DNA of 64,000 nt from a virus. How positions within the stretch are numbered: position 1 is the first letter of the stretch; every line of letters starts with the position of its first letter. The DNA lies in IMG/VR virus record IMGVR_UViG_3300045988_112440; one strand, given 5' to 3'. This document shows, piece after piece, positions 52,511 through 61,586 of this stretch. Under the pieces are notes generated by a model that was not told the DNA's origin, did not search any database, and saw only the letters and a program-made list of their open reading frames with translations. The position numbers were made by a program, and so were the translations under genes.

Positions 52511-52729
52511 ATGGAAGACGAAAATATCGTTTATGAAAACATCAATCCTGAAGATGACAACGAAAGATATTTTCTGACTCCTTGGGGTTGCCTTTGCTGT
52601 GCATTTGGAGATTTTGGCTTAAAACCTCCAGAAATCTCTGGAAAGATGGCTGATGCTCTCATGGATGATTTCTTTGAGATTATGGAAGCAACGGGTATTT
52701 TAGAGAAGAAGGGAAACGATGATTGTTAA
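52511..52729 (+). CDS. hypothetical acidic protein
   Basis: GGTGG RBS. Confidence 0.55.
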   Translation: MEDENIVYENINPEDDNERYFLTPWGCLCCAFGDFGLKPPEISGKMADALMDDFFEIMEATGILEKKGNDDC

Positions 52730-52874
52730 ATTCTTAAAACATCTTCTCCGTTGGTTTCTTCCAGAGTGCAGTAGATGTGGCGGTGTTATGCTTTACGATA
52801 ACACTCATAGCTTGCATGATAAATGGCACTTTGTATGTGATACATGTGGCCGTGAAAAGTGGGGTACTTTATGA
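52719..52874 (+). CDS. zinc-ribbon small protein (51 aa)
   Basis: CSRCGG..x..CDTCG; overlaps both neighbours. Confidence 0.4.
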   Translation: MIVKFLKHLLRWFLPECSRCGGVMLYDNTHSLHDKWHFVCDTCGREKWGTL

Positions 52875-53068
52875 AAAAAATTACAGGAGTTCTAAAAGCA
52901 AAAGGATTTGATAGCTGTAATTTTGAATTCTATGTTGATGACAATATGACAGAAAAACAAATTGAGATGGAAGTCTACCAACGTGCTGGTTTTAGTTTAG
53001 ACTGGACGGAAGAAGATGGTTATGAACCGTATACTGTTACAATGTATCGTAAAAAGAAGGACGAGTAA
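52871..53068 (+). CDS. hypothetical protein
   Basis: ATGA overlap. Confidence 0.55.
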   Translation: MKKITGVLKAKGFDSCNFEFYVDDNMTEKQIEMEVYQRAGFSLDWTEEDGYEPYTVTMYRKKKDE

Positions 53069-53283
53069 TGAATTACGGGCAAACACGTGTATATGGAGTA
53101 AGTCTATCATACATTATGGCTAACGGAGAACGCAATTTCTCATATTATGAGGTGCCCGCCGACAGTGAGTATGAAGCAATCCAGTATGTACGCGGTCAAT
53201 GGCATCGTGAGCATCTGTTTGCTACTTACGAACCAGACGTGAGCGCTCGACTTTCATATACTGATTATTGGAGTGCTTTATAA
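53068..53283 (+). CDS. hypothetical protein
   Basis: TAATG overlap. Confidence 0.55.
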   Translation: MNYGQTRVYGVSLSYIMANGERNFSYYEVPADSEYEAIQYVRGQWHREHLFATYEPDVSARLSYTDYWSAL

Positions 53284-53308
53284 AAGTGCCGTTTTGTGAG
53301 GTGAATAT

Positions 53309-53740
53309 ATGAAGAAATGGACAAAAGACCTTCTTGAAGCCAATGGATATGAGCTGAGAAACGCATACATTAAAAATGTATCTTTTGGAATAAAAGATTA
53401 CGAATTTCTTTCTCTTGCACTCACTTTAGAAGGTGATGGATGGGGAGTAAATTACATGGGGCCTTCTATCGGTAGAAGATACTACATCAACGGAGAGTCT
53501 ATTAAAGATGGTAATGCCGCAAATTTTGAAGGTTATGAAGGCGGAGCTGAAGCTATCGTAAGGATTTTAGATGTTGTTGATTGTTCTGAACTTGAATCAC
53601 TAAAAGGAAAATATATCCGTGCAGCTATCAAAAGAGGAGAGTCTGTGAAAATCATCGGTAATATCATCAAAGATCAGTGGTTTGATCACGGATCTTTTTT
53701 TGATGACTTTGATGACAAAGAGAAAGAGAAGGCTGGCTAA
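53309..53740 (+). CDS. hypothetical protein
   Basis: GAGGTGA RBS. Confidence 0.6.
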   Translation: MKKWTKDLLEANGYELRNAYIKNVSFGIKDYEFLSLALTLEGDGWGVNYMGPSIGRRYYINGESIKDGNAANFEGYEGGAEAIVRILDVVDCSELESLKGKYIRAAIKRGESVKIIGNIIKDQWFDHGSFFDDFDDKEKEKAG

Positions 53741-53741
53741 T

Positions 53742-54119
53742 ATGGATGCGGATGAGTTCATTATCAACGTAATTGCAAAGAAAAACAACGGAACAATTGA
53801 ACTTTCTGTTCCTGATGATATATTCAATCAGGCTGAACGTATTCTTTTGAAAAACGAACAAGGCGTATTCTGCAAGACTTTCCCGGCGGAAGTATTTGGT
53901 AGCGACTCGTGGATTAGTGTAAAAGATGAATTGCCAAAAATTCCAAAAGAAGATTGGAGTGCAGGCCCATTCTGGGTCTACGATAAAGAAGTTGGACAGC
54001 GAGAAGCTTGTTACACTAAAGCTGGAGAATGGCTCGATGGCAGAGAATATTATGAACTTAAATGCGTCACTCACTGGATGCCATTGCCGGTTGACCCGCA
54101 GGAGGTAAATAATGATTAA
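53742..54119 (+). CDS. DUF551-domain protein
   Basis: WISVKDELP ... VTHWMPLP is the DUF551 hallmark. Confidence 0.6.
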   Translation: MDADEFIINVIAKKNNGTIELSVPDDIFNQAERILLKNEQGVFCKTFPAEVFGSDSWISVKDELPKIPKEDWSAGPFWVYDKEVGQREACYTKAGEWLDGREYYELKCVTHWMPLPVDPQEVNND

Positions 54120-54450
54120 CAATCCTTTTGTAGAGGAAGGCATTATCGCTTGCCAATACTGCGGAAGCGGTGAGTACCTTTATAATGAAGATGGAAATCA
54201 AAACAGCTATTGTGGTCAGTGTGGGACTCGGATTGACTGGCCGGAAACTAAGTTGGATGACTGGAATGTCCCGACGATAAATCTTCCGAAGCCTTGTAGC
54301 ATAGTCATGGCAAAATACGGAGAACGAGAAACCAGAGTGTGGTATTCAATGCAAGGAAATTGGATGCCGGACGGTGTGCTTGATTATTTAAAAGTGCCTG
54401 ATGCATGGCGATATTTAAAGGAGAATGAACGTGAAGAAAGTGACTCTTGA
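54112..54450 (+). CDS. zinc-ribbon protein
   Basis: CQYCGS..x..CGQCG. Confidence 0.55.
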   Translation: MINNPFVEEGIIACQYCGSGEYLYNEDGNQNSYCGQCGTRIDWPETKLDDWNVPTINLPKPCSIVMAKYGERETRVWYSMQGNWMPDGVLDYLKVPDAWRYLKENEREESDS

Positions 54451-54775
54451 ACTTCTAGTTGACGAAATCGACAATGAGAATATCAAGTCTATCGAAGACG
54501 ATATTCGTATAGAACTTTCTAATTGTTACCACAATATCGAAGTCTCGTCTTACAAAGAGGTTGATTATGACCCACGATGGATTCGAGTAAAAGACAGAGA
54601 GCCGGTTGTCAGCAACAAGCTCTGCTCCGAAAATGTATATATCCGATATGGTAACGACGGTCCAGCAGAGATTGCCTTTATGGCATGGAATACTCAGTGG
54701 TATGACTTGAATTGTGATGTAATCGACAAGCCAGACTTCTGGAGACACATGACCGAGGATGAGAAGCATAAATAA
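54425..54775 (+). CDS. DUF551-like protein
   Basis: WIRVKDREP.. segment; the start could be GTG 54431. Confidence 0.5.
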   Translation: MNVKKVTLELLVDEIDNENIKSIEDDIRIELSNCYHNIEVSSYKEVDYDPRWIRVKDREPVVSNKLCSENVYIRYGNDGPAEIAFMAWNTQWYDLNCDVIDKPDFWRHMTEDEKHK

Positions 54776-54811
54776 CAAAATAGAATTCCGCTTTTAACAG
54801 AAAGGAAAAGT

Positions 54812-55120
54812 ATGTTTAGGACTTTCAAAAATACTGCCGTATGCGTACTTCTAGCAGCTATTATACTGACTGGATGCAGTGCAAGTGTGAAAGACTCAGT
54901 AGGGAATGTAGCTGTAGAGAATGGCTGGTTCTATCGTATCAGTGATACCCCTATGGTATACGACAAGGATACACGCATTATGTATTACTTGTTCTCTAAA
55001 TGTACAGGCAATCAAGGCTACGGCTATATGTCTCCTTATTATAATGAGTATGGTCAGATGTGCTACTACGTTGATGGTCAGGTTATTCCAATCGAGGAGG
55101 TGCTAATCGATGCTGACTGA
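54812..55120 (+). CDS. lipoprotein
   Basis: Signal peptide with lipobox LTGC (AIILTGCSAS). Confidence 0.7.
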   Translation: MFRTFKNTAVCVLLAAIILTGCSASVKDSVGNVAVENGWFYRISDTPMVYDKDTRIMYYLFSKCTGNQGYGYMSPYYNEYGQMCYYVDGQVIPIEEVLIDAD

Positions 55121-55310
55121 GATTGTTTGGTTCGTGACCAAAGCTTATATTATTTTGCTTTTGACCGCAACTGTAATTCGCTCCGAGCAGATTCTGTATG
55201 ATACCTCTACATATATTTTCGGAGGTAACAAAAAGAATGGAATGTATGGCTGCGTCGCGCTGAATGTTTTTATTATCGTTTGTGCAAGTATGTGGATGGT
55301 GGTGTTTTAA
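55110..55310 (+). CDS. small membrane protein
   Basis: Two hydrophobic segments. Confidence 0.5.
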   Translation: MLTEIVWFVTKAYIILLLTATVIRSEQILYDTSTYIFGGNKKNGMYGCVALNVFIIVCASMWMVVF

Positions 55311-55311
55311 G

Positions 55312-55620
55312 ATGAGACCTATTGATGCAGACAAGGTTATTCCTGCCATTTATAACAAAGGACTTCATTTAAAATATGAGCAAATCTCAGATATGTCTGA
55401 CGCAATTAAATCTATTCCAACGCTTGATTTAGAAAATCTTCAAAAAATAGATTATCATTGTTATACCGATTGGTATAAAAGTTCTTTTTGGAAATGCAAT
55501 ATATGCGGTGGAGAAATTAAAGGTTTTGAGGACCCTGAACTTATGGGATATAGTTTTTGCCCATATTGTGGATTAAAACCGAGGTGGATAAATGAATTAC
55601 ATGAAAGTTGTTCCTTGTGA
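55312..55620 (+). CDS. hypothetical protein with C-terminal zinc ribbon
   Basis: CNICGG..x..CPYCG. Confidence 0.55.
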   Translation: MRPIDADKVIPAIYNKGLHLKYEQISDMSDAIKSIPTLDLENLQKIDYHCYTDWYKSSFWKCNICGGEIKGFEDPELMGYSFCPYCGLKPRWINELHESCSL

Positions 55621-56149
55621 TATTGCGAATGGGCCAGGCGTAAGAGTCACGTTATTCTGCGCGGGTTGTAATCATCATTGTTCCGGCTGTCAGAATCCTA
55701 CTACATGGAACCCGAATGGTGGTCAGCCATTCACAGATGAAACGCTTGATAAAATTGTAGATTTACTTCGACCTGATTATATTCAGGGGCTTACGCTTAC
55801 TGGTGGAGACCCATTGTATCCAGAGAACAGGGAGATGATTTGCAAAATTCTAATAAGGGTCAGACACGAGTTTGAAGGAAGCAAAGACATTTGGATGTGG
55901 ACTGGATATACATGGGAAGAATTGATTCAACAGGCGGCAGAAGAATTGAAATATCAAACTATTCCGACAACGGTAGCAATTATTCGAAATATAAACGTGC
56001 TAGTCGATGGCCCATATATCGAATCTAAACGAGATATCTCTTTACCGTACATGGGGAGTTCCAATCAACGTGTAATCGGCTGTAATAAGAGTTTTGCTTT
56101 ACGAAGACCAGTCCTTTGGTGGGCTCCAGAAGATAAGAAAGGGAAATAA
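55592..56149 (+). CDS. nrdG: anaerobic RNR activating enzyme (radical SAM)
   Basis: DIANGPGVRVTLFCAGCNHHCSGCQN (CxxxCxxC). Confidence 0.85.
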   Translation: MNYMKVVPCDIANGPGVRVTLFCAGCNHHCSGCQNPTTWNPNGGQPFTDETLDKIVDLLRPDYIQGLTLTGGDPLYPENREMICKILIRVRHEFEGSKDIWMWTGYTWEELIQQAAEELKYQTIPTTVAIIRNINVLVDGPYIESKRDISLPYMGSSNQRVIGCNKSFALRRPVLWWAPEDKKGK

Positions 56150-56150
56150 T

Positions 56151-56696
56151 ATGGATTTAGGAAACGCAACTAAGTATTTTGGACGTAACGGAACTATTGA
56201 GGCTTGTTCTCGTGCTTATCGCCCTAACATTAAAATCAATAAACTGCACGAAGATGCTCATCTGCCGACTTATGGTTCAAAAAATGCTGCTTGTGCAGAC
56301 CTGTATGCCTATATCGGTTTTGATGACGCAACGATGGTAAACAAGAACGGTGACCGTTGCATTATGATTCAGCCTGGTGAGACAGTTAAGGTTCATACTG
56401 GTCTGCGGATGGCTCCGCCGGAAGGTTGGTATGTCGCTATCTATGCTCGCAGCGGTTTAGCAACTAAGTTGGGACTTGCTCCTGCGAACAAAACTGGCAT
56501 TTGCGATCAGGATTACCGTGGAGAGTACATTGTAGCATTACATAATCATTCTAACTTCCCTCAGATGATTGCCCACGGTGACCGTATTGCTCAGATGGCG
56601 GTAGTTCCGTTCTGGCAGGCTGATTTTGAAGAAGTTTCCGAATTGGACGAAACTGAGCGTGGCGCTGGTGGATTTGGATCTACCGGAAAACAGTAA
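56151..56696 (+). CDS. dut: dUTP diphosphatase
   Basis: AACADLYA, RSGLATK, DQDYRGE and ERGAGGFGSTG motifs. Confidence 0.85.
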   Translation: MDLGNATKYFGRNGTIEACSRAYRPNIKINKLHEDAHLPTYGSKNAACADLYAYIGFDDATMVNKNGDRCIMIQPGETVKVHTGLRMAPPEGWYVAIYARSGLATKLGLAPANKTGICDQDYRGEYIVALHNHSNFPQMIAHGDRIAQMAVVPFWQADFEEVSELDETERGAGGFGSTGKQ

Positions 56697-56718
56697 GAAA
56701 AATAAAGGAGAAATAATT

Positions 56719-57024
56719 ATGGCTAAGTATTTTTATGTTTATTCTATTGCAGGTGCTGCGGATTCTATTGTGAAGATGTTTAACACTGAAACTGGTGCAG
56801 TAGGCGAAAAGTCTGTGCCGAAGGACCGCATCGACGGATTTGTCGATGGAATTAAGGCAAGCGGATATCAGCTGAATAAGGAGCTGGCTGAAGCTGATGT
56901 TGCTGAAGGTGAAGCAAAGCGCATTCTGGCCGAGAAGATGAGTGACTATCATGCAGCTCGTGATTGCTATTCCGAGAAGGCTGATGTTCTGAAGAGGGTT
57001 AAGGCTAAGTACGGCATTAAATAA
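56719..57024 (+). CDS. hypothetical protein
   Basis: AAAGGAGAA RBS. Confidence 0.55.
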   Translation: MAKYFYVYSIAGAADSIVKMFNTETGAVGEKSVPKDRIDGFVDGIKASGYQLNKELAEADVAEGEAKRILAEKMSDYHAARDCYSEKADVLKRVKAKYGIK

Positions 57025-57036
57025 GGAGATTACATA

Positions 57037-57378
57037 ATGAAGTATTATACTATCGAATCTCATGCCGAGAAGGAAGCACCGTTTGGAATTGCTTGGCAAG
57101 TAAAGCTGTTTGATGAACACACTCTTCTTGAAGAATATGACCACATCTTCTATAACGAGATTGCTGGCTATTGCAAGTGTCTTGAAGATATGGGATTTAT
57201 TGAGAATGTCGAGGTAAAAATTGATATTCAGAAAGAGTTAGAAAAACTCCAAAAGAATATTGACGATATTAATAATGCGACTTCGTTTGTGAATCGCTTT
57301 GGGGTGGGCACATTTGAATCGCATATGAAAACAATTAGCGTTGATGTCCCTAGAAGCACAAGATATACTTTCTTCTAA
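57037..57378 (+). CDS. hypothetical protein
   Basis: AAGGAGA RBS. Confidence 0.6.
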   Translation: MKYYTIESHAEKEAPFGIAWQVKLFDEHTLLEEYDHIFYNEIAGYCKCLEDMGFIENVEVKIDIQKELEKLQKNIDDINNATSFVNRFGVGTFESHMKTISVDVPRSTRYTFF

Positions 57379-57382
57379 AAGG

Positions 57383-57416
57383 TAAATTTTAAGGGTGGGT
57401 GGGTGGAATAAATAAT
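57383..57416 (+). promoter_or_regulatory. conserved G-rich 5' element, copy 1
   Basis: TAAATTTTAAGGGTGGGTGGGTGGAATAAATAAT immediately before the ATG. With the ATG it is 33/37 identical to 59217-59253. Confidence 0.5.
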
Positions 57417-57662
57417 ATGAAACGGAACATCACAATAAATCAGACTTGCAATTGTAATGGTGATAACTGTACTCAAATTGGAATCATTCGCAACGATGAA
57501 GTATATGTCATGCAAACAAGTTCTCCGAAAAGAGAAGGCCCAGCGGAATTTACATGCAGTATGCCTGAACAGAAACATTATTTAAAAAATATCCTTTATA
57601 AGATTATAGAAAAACTAAATAGTCTTATTGGATGGACTATAGATGCGTTTAACGATATTTGA
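57417..57662 (+). CDS. hypothetical protein (alternative in-frame GTG start 57399)
   Basis: ATG sits at the end of the conserved element. Confidence 0.5.
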   Translation: MKRNITINQTCNCNGDNCTQIGIIRNDEVYVMQTSSPKREGPAEFTCSMPEQKHYLKNILYKIIEKLNSLIGWTIDAFNDI

Positions 57663-57675
57663 TCAAGGAGATTGT

Positions 57676-57894
57676 ATGAAAGCACATATTCGAGAAGAAA
57701 AGAAAACAACTCCATTAAAACTTGGTGAGGGAACATTACTTCAAGAGGAAGACGGCAAAATTTACAAGGTTTGCGACACAGTAGAATATGATGAGATACA
57801 TACCGACGATGAAGTTATCAAGATTGCTCTATCAGAAGAAAATATGATTCATGCGACGAACTTTTTTGACACACAATTTGTATTTGCAGATTGA
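57676..57894 (+). CDS. hypothetical protein
   Basis: AAGGAGA RBS. Confidence 0.55.
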   Translation: MKAHIREEKKTTPLKLGEGTLLQEEDGKIYKVCDTVEYDEIHTDDEVIKIALSEENMIHATNFFDTQFVFAD

Positions 57895-57905
57895 GGTGAA
57901 ATGCT

Positions 57906-58139
57906 ATGATTATGGTTGTTCAACACAAAGGAACTCCAAAGAAAAAGAGATACGCTGCAAAATTCTCATGTCAATGTGGATGTATATTTTGGGCTGATGA
58001 CAAAGATATTAAATTTCCGAGTTATTCCGTTATACGAGAATATGCACCGGGCGTAAAACTAGCAGAATGCCCAGAGTGCGGAGAACAAGTTGTTTCTTGT
58101 TTCCTGGCAGTTCCAAGAGAAAAGATTTTTGTGGATTGA
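57906..58139 (+). CDS. zinc-ribbon family protein, copy 1
   Basis: F.C.CGC.FWADD ... CPECG ... VPREKIFVD. Confidence 0.6.
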   Translation: MIMVVQHKGTPKKKRYAAKFSCQCGCIFWADDKDIKFPSYSVIREYAPGVKLAECPECGEQVVSCFLAVPREKIFVD

Positions 58140-58147
58140 GGTGAAAT

Positions 58148-58480
58148 ATGGCGACTAAGATTGTCAAGCACGGCCATGAGCCAGAGCCTCAGAAATTTGC
58201 CATCGAGTTTAAATGTCCTTATTGTCATTGTGATTTTTATGCCGACGACACATTTGATTCAATCTACAAAGACTATTATACCACAGCTGCTAATTTCGAG
58301 TTGCGATACGCTTGCCCTGAATGTGGAGAAACCGCTAAACAAATCGATATTGCAGATTATAATGAGGTATTCGGTAAACCAACATTTTTTGAGTGGCTAA
58401 GAGCTATTTTTGAGACACCACTCGGTAGGTATTATAGGATTCAAAAAATCTTGAAGAGTCTAAGTGAAGGAGAAGAATAA
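58148..58480 (+). CDS. zinc-ribbon family protein, copy 2 (extended)
   Basis: FKCPYCHCDFYADD ... CPECG. Confidence 0.6.
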   Translation: MATKIVKHGHEPEPQKFAIEFKCPYCHCDFYADDTFDSIYKDYYTTAANFELRYACPECGETAKQIDIADYNEVFGKPTFFEWLRAIFETPLGRYYRIQKILKSLSEGEE

Positions 58481-58710
58481 TGGCGATTAAAATCATTCAA
58501 CACAAAAAGAAGTCTGTAAGATTCGCTCTGCACTTCAAATGCTGCTGTGGATGCGAGTTCTGGGCAGACGATAAAGAGGCTTTCGATTATTGTATGGGAA
58601 ATGATATCGTATCACAACATCTTTGTTGGAATGCGTATTGCCCGGAGTGTAAACGACTCGTCCAAAGTGGAGAAAGTCCTGTGCCGAGAGAAAAGATTTT
58701 TGATGATTAA
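58480..58710 (+). CDS. zinc-ribbon family protein, copy 3
   Basis: FKCCCGCEFWADD ... CPECK ... VPREKIFDD. Confidence 0.6.
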   Translation: MAIKIIQHKKKSVRFALHFKCCCGCEFWADDKEAFDYCMGNDIVSQHLCWNAYCPECKRLVQSGESPVPREKIFDD

Positions 58711-58734
58711 AATGTATGTTTTATGGAGGTTTTT

Positions 58735-59208
58735 ATGATTGTTATTGGATATCCATGTATTGGTAAAAGTACATACGCAGTTGGTCATCCGTATCGTGCA
58801 ATCGACCTTGAAAGCAGCAATTTTGTAAAGGATGATAATTGGATCGAGTCGTATTGCAACGTCGCTATTGATTTATCGAGACAGGGACATGTTGTGTTCG
58901 TATCTTCACATGATGCAGTTCGTAAACAGCTTTTGAAGAGTGATTACGAATATGTTTTTGTAATCTATCCAGCTCTTGATATTAAAGAAGAGTGGCTTGA
59001 ACGGCTTCACGAAAGATATTTAGAAACAGAACTCGAAAAAGATTATCGTGCATGGCAGCGTGCTCTGAATTATTACGATGAAGATATTGCAAAGCTAAAA
59101 GAAGATGCAAAGGGCTTTAGTGGTTTTTATGAAATTAGTGGTGGTCGATATGACCTCACGGTAATTCTGGATGAATTTGAATATAGTTCGACTTGGGATC
59201 ATTCGTGA
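58735..59208 (+). CDS. P-loop NTPase/kinase-like protein
   Basis: IGYPCIGKST Walker A at the N-terminus. Confidence 0.5.
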   Translation: MIVIGYPCIGKSTYAVGHPYRAIDLESSNFVKDDNWIESYCNVAIDLSRQGHVVFVSSHDAVRKQLLKSDYEYVFVIYPALDIKEEWLERLHERYLETELEKDYRAWQRALNYYDEDIAKLKEDAKGFSGFYEISGGRYDLTVILDEFEYSSTWDHS

Positions 59209-59216
59209 TTGCTAAT

Positions 59217-59250
59217 TAAATTTTATGGGTAGGTGGGAGGAATAAAGAAT
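59217..59250 (+). promoter_or_regulatory. conserved G-rich 5' element, copy 2
   Basis: TAAATTTTATGGGTAGGTGGGAGGAATAAAGAAT immediately before the ATG. Confidence 0.5.
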
Positions 59251-59586
59251 ATGACTTATACACTTATGTCTGTTCCAGAAGATAAAGAAGTCTGGTGCAC
59301 TGGATTTCGATTTGATGATACGAAGGCTGGCATCAATTGCAAGCCGGTACAAGGAACTATTCATAACAAGGATTATTGGAACTCGAAGTTTAAAACAAAA
59401 AATCGCACAATCAGCGTGAATACAAATCAATCGTATTATGCATTTGCTGACACTTATGAAGAGGCCGCACATATTTATAATGAGATGATAAACACATTTC
59501 TTATTAACCTTGATAATAGATACCACAAAATTGCAAGCTCATTAGAGGGCTGCTATTTATCAAACGATCATGGTGTGATGTATTAA
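59251..59586 (+). CDS. hypothetical protein (alternative in-frame GTG start 59233)
   Basis: ATG sits at the end of the conserved element. Confidence 0.55.
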   Translation: MTYTLMSVPEDKEVWCTGFRFDDTKAGINCKPVQGTIHNKDYWNSKFKTKNRTISVNTNQSYYAFADTYEEAAHIYNEMINTFLINLDNRYHKIASSLEGCYLSNDHGVMY

Positions 59587-59614
59587 AAAACTAGACTTTT
59601 ATGAGGTAGATTGA

Positions 59615-60076
59615 ATGGACGATAGATTTTCAATCGAAAAGAATCACTGGGAAATACAAAATCCAGAATGGGAAAACTATTCTCATTTCATCTGCACTAA
59701 AGACCATTATTGGACTGGTGTACACGGTATCAGCAACTATTTTCTTCAATATAAGAATTTTGGCAGAAGTAAACCAGTCGAACGATTTTCTGTAGAATGG
59801 CCGAACTTCGTAGAGCACATGTGGTTTATCCATTGGCGTGGCCCATGGGATTATATTTTTGCTTCATATAAATTATCCGAAATCAAACGATTTTTAGAAC
59901 TTGATATTGATGCTATTAAAAAGAACCATTGGCCGGATGGCCGCTGCACTTGCTACAGTATTTATGACTACGTGACGAAAAAATGGTACTATTTTAAAAT
60001 CGAAAATTTGGGAACATTTTATGGATGCACGTGGCCGTTGGGTGATGATACAGGGGAGGTGATTAGTTGTGACTAA
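59615..60076 (+). CDS. hypothetical W-rich protein
   Basis: GAGGTAG RBS. Confidence 0.6.
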   Translation: MDDRFSIEKNHWEIQNPEWENYSHFICTKDHYWTGVHGISNYFLQYKNFGRSKPVERFSVEWPNFVEHMWFIHWRGPWDYIFASYKLSEIKRFLELDIDAIKKNHWPDGRCTCYSIYDYVTKKWYYFKIENLGTFYGCTWPLGDDTGEVISCD

Positions 60077-60560
60077 ACAAATCGGCTATTATAAGTCCGA
60101 CTGGTACATTATGGGCATCGACGGAAAATATAACAACGCTTGTATCTCACATACAGAATCGCAGCTTCGATATACAGTTCCAAGGTCGCCAGAATGGACC
60201 ATCAATGGATTGAGTTTTACTTACCTTAGAGAACATGGATTTGAAGATTATCCTGAACTCTATGGTATTATATTCTATGATATGGAGTGGTGGCGAAGAA
60301 AACGCTATCCGGGTGACTTTTATGTAGAAATACCAATTTGCGATTTGTGTGCGGATGCCTTTCATTTAAAATGGCATTGTAAGGAATTTCGTGTACATCA
60401 GTGGTCTAACTTGAGGAAAGAAACAAAGTGGGTGAAAGGTAGAAGTAACTACACCATTTGTGAGCTCGCCCATAAATTACCACATGAAGAGTTTATTGAG
60501 TATTTGAAAGACAACGGCATCTATATTGTAAACGAAAGTGGTGTTGAACTTGGATGGTAA
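60069..60560 (+). CDS. hypothetical protein (GTG start)
   Basis: GGGGAGGTG upstream. Confidence 0.55.
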   Translation: MTKQIGYYKSDWYIMGIDGKYNNACISHTESQLRYTVPRSPEWTINGLSFTYLREHGFEDYPELYGIIFYDMEWWRRKRYPGDFYVEIPICDLCADAFHLKWHCKEFRVHQWSNLRKETKWVKGRSNYTICELAHKLPHEEFIEYLKDNGIYIVNESGVELGW

Positions 60561-60957
60561 TAATGAAAAACTCACTCTTGGAGAAAAGATCTTGTTTTTG
60601 ACAGTCGGTGTGCTCATTACTCTTATTGTTGGATATTTTGTATGGGCGATTGGCGACGGTATCTATCGTCATTATAATCCGATTGAGTGGACTTCCACTA
60701 TTGAAGAACTGGAATCGGGCATCTACGGATATACATCTACTATGGTATCTAATGTCCCAGCAGAAAATTACGAGATGCTTACGGTTCTTTGTAATGGCAA
60801 TTATATGAATATCAAAGGCCATGTAAAAATTGTATATGATAGCAACGCTCCATATATCGAATATAAGTCAACCAATACTGTTAATGCTGACTCTGTAGTA
60901 ATTCATGTTCAAAAAGGGCAGATTAAAAATAATGGAGTTAGTACAGTAACGAGGTGA
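60538..60957 (+). CDS. membrane-anchored protein (start uncertain)
   Basis: TM segment ILFLTVGVLITLIVGYFVWAI. Confidence 0.5.
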   Translation: MVLNLDGNNEKLTLGEKILFLTVGVLITLIVGYFVWAIGDGIYRHYNPIEWTSTIEELESGIYGYTSTMVSNVPAENYEMLTVLCNGNYMNIKGHVKIVYDSNAPYIEYKSTNTVNADSVVIHVQKGQIKNNGVSTVTR

Positions 60958-60962
60958 TTTTT

Positions 60963-61160
60963 ATGAAAGAATTAGGGTTTTACAAAAACAAGGCAAAATA
61001 CTACGAAAAATCATTAGAGGATTTAATGCAGCATTACATAGATGGCTGTAGTATGTGTACCTCTGATTTAGATTGTAGTGAGTGCGCAGTCGATGATTTT
61101 ATCAATCAGCTGCGAAATATTCTATATAGTAGTAGTGAGTATAAAGGAGAACATCGATGA
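60963..61160 (+). CDS. hypothetical protein
   Basis: GAGGTGA RBS; N-terminus MKELGFY is shared with the next gene. Confidence 0.55.
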   Translation: MKELGFYKNKAKYYEKSLEDLMQHYIDGCSMCTSDLDCSECAVDDFINQLRNILYSSSEYKGEHR

Positions 61161-61555
61161 AAGAGCTTGGATATTATATTATCTCTGCTGACTTATGTGG
61201 CATTGCTCCATACCGTAGAGAAATCTTTTACAAAAGAACTCTATTGCAGTATGTTGAGAAGAATTCAATCGAGGAATACTCAAAAAAATTCTACAATCGA
61301 GATGGAGATGGTCGCCCCAATTGGGTAGGAGAGACATTCAAAAATCATTTTTATGTCAGTATTCCAAACGTTGGTGAGCATTCGGAAACAGTGAAGATTA
61401 AAAGAAATAGTGACTATTATATCGAGCTGAAAAAGCAATTTCGGCATGTCTCTGTAAAGGATATTTCTACTGCGGAAGTTATGCATGACCTATCATTTGC
61501 AGATGTCTTAGAACTTGCACGAGACATGGGTTGCGACATTACTAAGCGACCCTGA
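61157..61555 (+). CDS. hypothetical protein
   Basis: ATGA overlap; N-terminus MKELGYY. Confidence 0.6.
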   Translation: MKELGYYIISADLCGIAPYRREIFYKRTLLQYVEKNSIEEYSKKFYNRDGDGRPNWVGETFKNHFYVSIPNVGEHSETVKIKRNSDYYIELKKQFRHVSVKDISTAEVMHDLSFADVLELARDMGCDITKRP

Positions 61556-61586
61556 TAAAACTTGGATTCTATATAGGAGGTTCATA

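Noticed and set aside
57391-57406. Bona fide G-quadruplex in GGGTGGGTGGGTGG
   Set aside because: There are only three full GGG runs plus a GG. The second copy (59227-59240) breaks the runs further (GGGTAGGTGGGAGG). A four-tract G4 is therefore not conserved, and it is reported only as one possible reading of the conserved block.
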